A stretch of 64,000 bases of DNA from Terriglobia bacterium (GTDB taxonomy: Bacteria > Acidobacteriota > Terriglobia > 2-12-FULL-54-10), in contig CAXVYR010000003.1 of NCBI GenBank assembly GCA_963666975.2, positions 512,001-576,000 on the forward strand, written 5' to 3'. The position numbers were made by a program, and so were the translations under genes. The notes below the pieces were generated by a model that was not told the origin of the DNA, ran no database searches, and saw nothing but the letters and a program-made list of their open reading frames with translations. This document shows, piece after piece, positions 57,494-64,000 of the stretch (positions are counted from its first letter, which is position 1; each line of letters starts with the position of its first letter).

Positions 57494-58381
57494 TTAGGCT
57501 TTCCGTGAAACCAAAAATTGAGCCAGTTGTTTCAGAAGGCCATTCCTCTCCCCGAATGGTTCCAGAGCCTCGGAAGCCTTGGCGACGTATTCTTGCGCCA
57601 TTTGCTTGGATCGCTCCACTCCGTAAAGCGCCGGATAGGTCACTTTTTTCTGCAGGACATCCTTTCCCGTTGCTTTGCCCAAAGATTCGCGGGAACTCTC
57701 CACATCCAGAACGTCGTCCATGATTTGAAATGCCAGCCCCGCATGGGCGCCAAAGCGGGAGATGGCTTCCAGTTGGTTTCCGCCGGCGCGTTCTCCGATC
57801 GCGCCCAGTAAAACCGCCGCCCGGAACAGAGCGCCGGTCTTGGCGCTGTGAATGTATTCCAGTGTTTCCGGAGTCGTCGGACCGTTCGGCGCTTCCAAGT
57901 CTACGACTTGGCCGCCAATCATACCATCCACGGTTCCTGCCGCTCGGGCCAATTCGGCCACCAAGTCGGCTCGCACCTCAGCCGGGGTGCGCGGCAGAGT
58001 TGCCAGAACGTGAAAAGCCAGTGTCAGCAAGGCGTCTCCGGCAAGGATCGCATTGGCTTCGCCGAATACTTTGTGGCAAGTGAGCTTGCCCCGCCGGTAG
58101 TCGTCGTTGTCCAGCGCAGGGAGATCATCGTGGATGAGGGAGTAGGTATGAATCATCTCCAGAGAGCAGGCAATGGACTCCATATCCGGATTCGTCTCCT
58201 CCGAGAGGAGCCGGGCAGCCTCCATGCAGAAGATCGGACGAAGCCGTTTGCCGCCGGCAAACAGACTGTAGCGCATCGCGCGATGCACAGCCGCCGGTTT
58301 TTCCGATTCTTCCGGCACCAGACGCCGGAGCTGCGCCTCAATCCGGTTTCGCTGTTGTTCCAGGTGGGAGTTTAAGGACAC
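57494..58381 (-). CDS. ispA: Farnesyl diphosphate synthase / polyprenyl synthetase
   Basis: GGKRLRP, HDDLPALDNDDYRRG, FQIMDDVLD. Confidence 0.95.
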   Translation of the reverse strand: MSLNSHLEQQRNRIEAQLRRLVPEESEKPAAVHRAMRYSLFAGGKRLRPIFCMEAARLLSEETNPDMESIACSLEMIHTYSLIHDDLPALDNDDYRRGKLTCHKVFGEANAILAGDALLTLAFHVLATLPRTPAEVRADLVAELARAAGTVDGMIGGQVVDLEAPNGPTTPETLEYIHSAKTGALFRAAVLLGAIGERAGGNQLEAISRFGAHAGLAFQIMDDVLDVESSRESLGKATGKDVLQKKVTYPALYGVERSKQMAQEYVAKASEALEPFGERNGLLKQLAQFLVSRKA

Positions 58382-58388
58382 GGATTTT

Positions 58389-58646
58389 TCAGGATGGCTG
58401 GTTCTCTTCGTCCAGATGGAAGGGTTCGGCCACCATCTTGCCGTCCCCTTTCTTTAGAAGAAGCTCCACTTTAGTTTCGGCTTCTTCCAATTGGCGGCGG
58501 CAGTCGCCGGAAAGCTTCATCCCCTCTTCAAAAAGCTTCAGGGTGCGATCCAGAGTGAGGTCGCCTTGTTCCAGTTCCTGGACGATTTTTTCGAGCCGTT
58601 CCAGACCTGCCTCAAAGTTCATCTCGGAATTTTTCTTTTGGCTCAT
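58389..58646 (-). CDS. xseB: Exodeoxyribonuclease VII small subunit
   Basis: FEAGLERLEKIVQELEQG.L.L...L.LFEEG. Confidence 0.95.
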   Translation of the reverse strand: MSQKKNSEMNFEAGLERLEKIVQELEQGDLTLDRTLKLFEEGMKLSGDCRRQLEEAETKVELLLKKGDGKMVAEPFHLDEENQPS

Positions 58647-58735
58647 CTCGTTTCTTTTCCTTGCTGCATATTTGTCCTTCGCGCCGTGCGTCGGCTTCTC
58701 CAACCGAAGGGATGGCAAGCCCGGAAGGGGGATGC

Positions 58736-59668
58736 CTATGAATCAACGCGAGCAGGCCCGGTTACGGTGATCTTGGGCCGGGGGGCTTCCACTGCGCGCA
58801 CCGCATCCCGAATCGCCTGAATATGTTCCGGCGTGGTCCCGCAACATCCTCCCAGCAATTTCACGCCGCTTTGGATGAAGCGTTGTGTATAGCTGGCCAT
58901 GTGCTCGGGGGAGCAGGGGTAAATGTTGCGCCCTCCTACGTTGACCGGGAGGCCGGCATTCGGTTGCGCGGAAAAGGGGCGGTCGCCGAGCGGGGCCATC
59001 CGCTGAATCGTATCGAGCATCGCCTTGGGTCCGACGCTGCAGTTGCAGCCAATGCCGTCGGCTCCCCACTCGGTCAGCTTTTCGGTGAACTTCTCCGGGC
59101 TGGTTCCGGAAAGCATCTTCCCGTCGTCATCGATGGTGACATGGGCAATCACCGGCAAGTCGCAGGCGCGTTTGGCCGCGGCGATAGCCTCGCGTATCTC
59201 ATCCAGATCGTAGAAGGTCTCCAAAAAAAGCATGTCCACGCCCGCTTCCGCCAGGGCTTGGATTTGCTCCTGAAAAGCTTCCGCCGCACTTTCTGCGCTG
59301 CAAGGCCCCAACGGTTCCAGTCGTACGCCCAGGGGCCCGACCGCCCCTGCCAGCAGCGCCGCCTCGCCGCCGCACTGCCGGGCCAGCCGCACTCCCGCCT
59401 GATTGATCTCCCGGCACTTCTCTCCGAGTCCGTGGGGGGCCAATCGAAAGGCATTGGCGCCGAAGGTATTGGTCTCCAATATCTCCGCTCCAGCCGTCAC
59501 GTAAGCCTCGTGAACTTCTTTTACCAGAGACGGCATGGACAGGTTCAGCTCTTCCAAGCAACGGTTGATGAAGATGCCTTTGGTGTATAGCATGGTGCCC
59601 ATGGCGCCATCGCACACGAACACCCTCTCCTGTAACTCCTCCAAAAATCGACCGGCGCGCTTTTTCAT
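58736..59668 (-). CDS. Stand-alone homocysteine S-methyltransferase domain protein
   Basis: DGAMGT, ETNTFGAN, GCNCSVGP, PNAGLP, GGCCGTTPEHI. Confidence 0.92.
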   Translation of the reverse strand: MKKRAGRFLEELQERVFVCDGAMGTMLYTKGIFINRCLEELNLSMPSLVKEVHEAYVTAGAEILETNTFGANAFRLAPHGLGEKCREINQAGVRLARQCGGEAALLAGAVGPLGVRLEPLGPCSAESAAEAFQEQIQALAEAGVDMLFLETFYDLDEIREAIAAAKRACDLPVIAHVTIDDDGKMLSGTSPEKFTEKLTEWGADGIGCNCSVGPKAMLDTIQRMAPLGDRPFSAQPNAGLPVNVGGRNIYPCSPEHMASYTQRFIQSGVKLLGGCCGTTPEHIQAIRDAVRAVEAPRPKITVTGPARVDS

Positions 59669-59707
59669 AGAAGTGTGCTGCAAAGCATCTTAATACAAAT
59701 AATCGGC

Positions 59708-60580
59708 CTAGTCAGTCCTAAGCGCCCGCAAGTGCTCCAATATCTCTTGTGTCGCGCGGGATTTGTTGAGCGTGTAAAAGTGGACTCCGGGAGCGCCTTT
59801 GCGGAGCAACTCCTCGCACTGTTGCGAGGCGTGCCGGATACCGATGCGCGTCACGGCTTCCAAATCCGTCCGGACTTCTTCAAGCTCCTTCTTCAGCGCC
59901 CCGGGGAGCGTCGCGCCGCAAAGGGCGGAGAAGCGCTGGATCTGATCATAATTTGTGATGGGCATGATGCCCGGGGTGATCGGGACTTTCAATCCCAAGG
60001 CGCGCGCCTTGGCGACAAAGTCGATGTAATAGGCATTTAGAAAGAAAAGCTGCGTGATGACGAACGAAGCCCCGGCATCCACCTTGCGCTTCAGATAGCG
60101 GAGGTCTTCTTCCAGGGTCTTCGCTTCGACGTGTTTTTCCGGGTATCCGGCCACGGCAATGCAGAACCCCATCTTCGCCGCTTCTTCCACCAGTTCGTTG
60201 GCATGCTGAAAGCCGTCCGCGTGCGCCTGAAACACGCTCTGACCTTTCGGCGGGTCGCCGCGCAGAGCGATGACATTTTCAATCCCGCGGTCAGCCAGCT
60301 CGCGCAGGACCTCCCGGATCTCGCTTTTGGAATGGCCCACGCACGTGAGATGGGCCATGGTTTCAATCCCGACGTCCTGTTTGATCCGCGCGACCAACTC
60401 GAGCGTTTTGGCCCGCGTGCTGCCTCCGGCGCCGTACGTGACAGAGACAAAATCAGGCTTGCGGCCCTTCAGGTGGACGATGGTCTCAAAGAGTTTGGTA
60501 GATGCCGCCTCGTCTTTAGGCGGAAAGAATTCAAAGGAGAAAAGCGGCCGTCCGGCCGCCAGTATCTGAGAAATTTTCAT
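59708..60580 (-). CDS. metF: 5,10-methylenetetrahydrofolate reductase
   Basis: SFEFFPPK, SVTYGAGG, AHLTC, ALRGDPP, ITQLFF, HFYTLN. Confidence 0.96.
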   Translation of the reverse strand: MKISQILAAGRPLFSFEFFPPKDEAASTKLFETIVHLKGRKPDFVSVTYGAGGSTRAKTLELVARIKQDVGIETMAHLTCVGHSKSEIREVLRELADRGIENVIALRGDPPKGQSVFQAHADGFQHANELVEEAAKMGFCIAVAGYPEKHVEAKTLEEDLRYLKRKVDAGASFVITQLFFLNAYYIDFVAKARALGLKVPITPGIMPITNYDQIQRFSALCGATLPGALKKELEEVRTDLEAVTRIGIRHASQQCEELLRKGAPGVHFYTLNKSRATQEILEHLRALRTD

Positions 60581-60747
60581 AGTTTAGCCGACATTATCCT
60601 TATCCGGGGCGATTTTACCGCATCTTTCAATACACCCACAATCGCAAGATGGAGTTATGGAGTGTTCCTGACAGGAAAGAAGGTCGCCGGCACTGAGGAT
60701 ACATTCCGGCGGGGAGCTTTCCAGACGCGGATTCAACGGGGGCGGCG

Positions 60748-62067
60748 CTAGGGCTTGGCCTCGGATGGCCGGAACCGGCGCGACTTCAACTCCGCTCGCG
60801 GAAGGGAACCAGGCTGCATAAATTGCAGTCGCGGACGTAAGCTGAGCCGCGTGTGCATTTCTGACACGATCCGCTCCCCCAACGACCGTTGCTGGTCTTC
60901 CGTCATGCTGCCGGTCTCCAGGCGGAGCAACAGCTCATCCATTTCCCGGTCGCGCGTCACTTCGCCCTGAAATTCAACCACCTCCGGAAAGGTCCGCAGG
61001 ATATTTTCAATGGCAGACGGGAAAACATTGATGCCCCGCACGGTCATCATGTCATCGGAGCGGCCCAGGATGCCACCCCGGAGCAGGGCAAAGGTGCGTC
61101 CGCAAATGCATCTCTCTCGTGTCACGACGACCAGGTCGCCCGTCCGGTAACGGATCAGCGGCGAGCCCACGCGGCCCAGGCTCGTCAGCACCACTTCGCC
61201 GCGTTCGCCGTCTGCAACCGGTTCGCAGGTCGCCGGGTCGATCACCTCCAAAATAAACTCACTTTCATTAATGTGCGGTCCGAGTTGGTGCTGGCATTCA
61301 TATCCAGTGGCGCCGATCTCGGTCAGCCCGCAGTGGTCGTAGGCTTTGCTCCCCCATGCCTGTTCGATACGGCGGCGGGTTGAGGGGATTCCCGCCCCGG
61401 TCTCTCCCGCGTGAATCGATATGCGGATTCCGAGACCGGAGCTGTCGATCCCCATAGTGCGCGCCACTTCGGCCAGCCGCAGCGCATAGGTCGGCGTCGC
61501 GAGAAGGACTGTGGGGCGGTTATCGCGCATCGATATGAGCCGTTGCTCCGTGGCCAGTCCGCCCCCGGTGATGGCCAGGCAGCCCATTTGGTGGGCGGCT
61601 TCAAAACCTCCCCAAAAGCCGAGGAAAGGACCGAATGAAAAAGCCGCAAAGATGCGATCACCGGGCTGGACTCCAGCGCCACAGAGCACGAATTTCCACT
61701 GCTTTACGAACGATTGGAAACCTTCCGTGGTGTCCAGCCAGCGCATCGGCACGCCAGTGGTCCCGGAGGTTTGGTGCAAGCGGGTGTAAGCTTCTACCGG
61801 GAAGGTCAGGTTGCTGCCGAACGGCGGATGCGCTGCTTGATCGGCGACCACCTCTGCCTTGGTCGTAAAGGGAACCTTGGATAATCTGCTCAGAGAAATC
61901 GGTTTTTGAATGCCGGCTGCTTGCAGCTTTTGCCGGTAGAAAGGATTACTCTCCAGAACCTGATGCAGCAGTTTGCGGAACCGGCGCTGTTGGAATTTGC
62001 GCAACTCCTCGCGCGGCAAGGTTTCGAGCCGCTGATCGAAAAAAGATGTTTGATTTACTTCCGCCAC
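60748..62067 (-). CDS. paaK: Phenylacetate--CoA ligase family protein
   Basis: QTSGTTG, YDHCGLTE, PLIRYRTGD, GRSDDM..VRGINVFP; substrate unproven. Confidence 0.85.
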   Translation of the reverse strand: MAEVNQTSFFDQRLETLPREELRKFQQRRFRKLLHQVLESNPFYRQKLQAAGIQKPISLSRLSKVPFTTKAEVVADQAAHPPFGSNLTFPVEAYTRLHQTSGTTGVPMRWLDTTEGFQSFVKQWKFVLCGAGVQPGDRIFAAFSFGPFLGFWGGFEAAHQMGCLAITGGGLATEQRLISMRDNRPTVLLATPTYALRLAEVARTMGIDSSGLGIRISIHAGETGAGIPSTRRRIEQAWGSKAYDHCGLTEIGATGYECQHQLGPHINESEFILEVIDPATCEPVADGERGEVVLTSLGRVGSPLIRYRTGDLVVVTRERCICGRTFALLRGGILGRSDDMMTVRGINVFPSAIENILRTFPEVVEFQGEVTRDREMDELLLRLETGSMTEDQQRSLGERIVSEMHTRLSLRPRLQFMQPGSLPRAELKSRRFRPSEAKP

Positions 62068-62127
62068 GCGATCTGTCCTTTTACCGATTTTGTTCCGGAA
62101 AGCCGGAGAACCTGCTGGCGTTCGAGT

Positions 62128-63648
62128 TTACAAGACGCCGCTTCCCAGGTTTTCCTGGAGCAGGGCAGCCGCCTGCGATGCAAAATTTAACACTGATTGA
62201 GGAAAGATGCCCAGCAGGAATGTTGCCGCTACGCTGAAGATCAAAACCAACCCCACAAGTCGCGGCACCCTTTCGACGGGGATTTGCTCGGCGGCGGGAT
62301 GCATGTACATGAAGACAATCACACGCAAATAATAATAGGCTGCGATGGCGCTGTTCATCACTCCCAATACGGTCAGCCACACTAAATCAGCGCGCAGTGC
62401 AGCCTTAAAAATAAAAAATTTTCCTAAAAACCCGCCGGTCAGCGGAATCCCGATCAGCGACAGCAGAAACACGGTCATGCTGGCCGCCAGCAAGGGGGCG
62501 CGATACCCCAGACCGGCGTAATGATCCAACTCCACATACCGTTCCCCCCGGTTTCCAAAATGGCTGACGACAACAAACGCCCCAATATTCATGAAGGCGT
62601 AGGCGGCCAGGTAAAACATCACTGCGGCAACGCCTTCCTCCGAGTGCGCCGTGAAGGCCACCAGCATATATCCGGCATGGGCAATAGAGGAGTAAGCCAG
62701 CATGCGCTTGATGTTGGTTTGCAGCAAGGCGGCGAGGTTTCCCAGCACCATCGAGAGCAGCCCGGAAACCCACAACAACCAGGCCCAGTCCTGCGCGGAA
62801 CTTTCCAAGGCAACCATGAAGACTCGCAGGAAAACGGCGAAGGCGGCGGCCTTCGGTCCGGTCGAGAGAAAGGCGGTGACCGGGGTGGGAGCGCCCTGAT
62901 AGACATCGGGCGTCCAAATCTGAAATGGGGCGGCGGATACTTTGAAAGCAAAGCCTACAAACAGCAAGGCAATGGAAAGTCCCACCAGGGCGGTTGGAAC
63001 CGGACCGATCAGCGGAGTCAACTGGGGGCTTGCCAACGCTGTCACGGTATTCTGTTCCGCCTGAAGAGCGAGGTGAATCTCGGTCAAGTTAGTGGTGCCG
63101 GTTGCGCCGAACATCAGCGCAATTCCGTACAACAGAAACGCGGTTGCGAACGAACCCAGCAAGAAATACTTCAAGGCCGACTCGCTGCTGGTGGCAACGC
63201 CGCGCCGGAAACCAACCAGGATATAACTGGCCAGCGAGGAAATTTCCAGCCCGATGAAGATCAGAATCAGTTCGCTCGAGGAGGCCATCAACCCCATGCC
63301 CATGGTCGCGAACAGAAGCAGCGCGTGGTACTCGCCGGAAGGGAGTCTTTCTTGGGCCGCGTATTCCGAAGAGGAGAGCACGACCAAAGCGGTGATGAGG
63401 AAAAAAAGAATATGAAAGAAAGCGCTGAAGGGATCGACTTCGAGCATTCCCCCGAAGGCCGGGTCCAAGCTGCGCCACGGGTACTGGTAGACGATGGCCC
63501 CGGCGGCTCCCAGCAGTCCAAGCAACGCTATGGCGGGGTGCCATCGGCCAGCGCTCTGCTTTTGGAACGCACCCAGGAGCATCACCACGATACCGGCCAC
63601 GGCCAGAATGATCTCCGGCAAGATAGGAATAAGGTCCGAAGTTGGCAT
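62128..63648 (-). CDS. nuoN: NADH-quinone oxidoreductase subunit N
   Basis: ESALKYF, FKVSAAPFQIWTPDVYQGAP, IKRMLAYSSIAHAGY. Confidence 0.96.
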   Translation of the reverse strand: MPTSDLIPILPEIILAVAGIVVMLLGAFQKQSAGRWHPAIALLGLLGAAGAIVYQYPWRSLDPAFGGMLEVDPFSAFFHILFFLITALVVLSSSEYAAQERLPSGEYHALLLFATMGMGLMASSSELILIFIGLEISSLASYILVGFRRGVATSSESALKYFLLGSFATAFLLYGIALMFGATGTTNLTEIHLALQAEQNTVTALASPQLTPLIGPVPTALVGLSIALLFVGFAFKVSAAPFQIWTPDVYQGAPTPVTAFLSTGPKAAAFAVFLRVFMVALESSAQDWAWLLWVSGLLSMVLGNLAALLQTNIKRMLAYSSIAHAGYMLVAFTAHSEEGVAAVMFYLAAYAFMNIGAFVVVSHFGNRGERYVELDHYAGLGYRAPLLAASMTVFLLSLIGIPLTGGFLGKFFIFKAALRADLVWLTVLGVMNSAIAAYYYLRVIVFMYMHPAAEQIPVERVPRLVGLVLIFSVAATFLLGIFPQSVLNFASQAAALLQENLGSGVL

Positions 63649-63651
63649 ACT

Positions 63652-64000
63652 TTAATACGCGATTCCGGAAACTGTTTCTCCACTTCGCTCGTCTTTGGGA
63701 AGCGGCGAGAAAGCAGGGTTTCGCGGAGCCATGAGCCGGACAGCTTGCCGCTGCTGATTTTCCGGCGAATCGTCCTGGACGTGAATTTCGGACCCGCCCA
63801 CGCGCTCCAGAATGGACAGGGTGGAAGCGTCCATCTTGCGCAGGAAAAAGGGCGAACAAACTCCCAGCAGCAGCATCAGAAACACTGTGGGAAGCAAGAT
63901 GCCTTTTTCCAGGCGGTCGAGGTCCGGCATATTTTGATTTTCAGGACGGACCTCGCCCAGGAAAACGCGCTGGTACATCCAGAGCATATAGATCACAGCC
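63652..64000 (-). CDS. nuoM: NADH-quinone oxidoreductase subunit M, C-terminal part
   Basis: AVIYMLWMYQRVFLG...DL...E; immediately upstream of nuoN. Confidence 0.88.
   Translation of the reverse strand, partial: AVIYMLWMYQRVFLGEVRPENQNMPDLDRLEKGILLPTVFLMLLLGVCSPFFLRKMDASTLSILERVGGSEIHVQDDSPENQQRQAVRLMAPRNPAFSPLPKDERSGETVSGIAY

Noticed and set aside
60581-60747. Possible SAM/SAH riboswitch upstream of metF
   Set aside because: No recognisable SAM-I, SAM-II or SAH core motifs by eye; an Rfam search would be needed to exclude it fully
1-64000. Numerous long antisense or overlapping ORFs in the six-frame track
   Set aside because: Expected shadows of GC-rich coding sequence, each overlapping a well-supported gene

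Overview
A GC-rich, gene-dense bacterial chromosomal segment. The TIGR03437-type protein, the gene orders and the palindromic repeat families point to Acidobacteriota (inference). It is mostly housekeeping: comEC; an LPS inner-core operon (waaA-lpxK-waaF-gmhB-waaC plus a methyltransferase and DUF3108); a 5x BACON surface protein; an MFS pump; bshB1-bshA-LmbE; ispDF; dprA-topA; gltX; ccdA-tlpA; fdx with a SufR-like regulator; serS; S2P-trpS-scpAB-rluB; tsaB-rimI; psd-pssA-asd-like-lptE-holA; and nuoMN-paaK-metF-HMT-xseB-ispA-tlyA-nadK. I saw no rRNA, tRNA, CRISPR array, transposase or phage genes. The most notable features not explained by the ORF track are: (1) an AhpD/CMD-family gene split by an in-frame UGA in a CxxU motif with a downstream hairpin, a probable selenoprotein; (2) a hierarchy of tiny non-autonomous repeats, in which a shared terminal 'wrapper' encloses different REP doublets at three loci and 24-43 nt elements sit inside REPs and inside each other; (3) a 74-nt three-way-junction element with twin ACCCGCCA-type loops; (4) an ECF-sigma-like protein fused to a ZAS motif; (5) a cupin pseudogene broken by a 28-bp tandem duplication; and (6) homopolymer frameshifts in bshA and an MBL gene, possibly assembly errors. 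All calls come from motif recognition by eye; no database searches were run.
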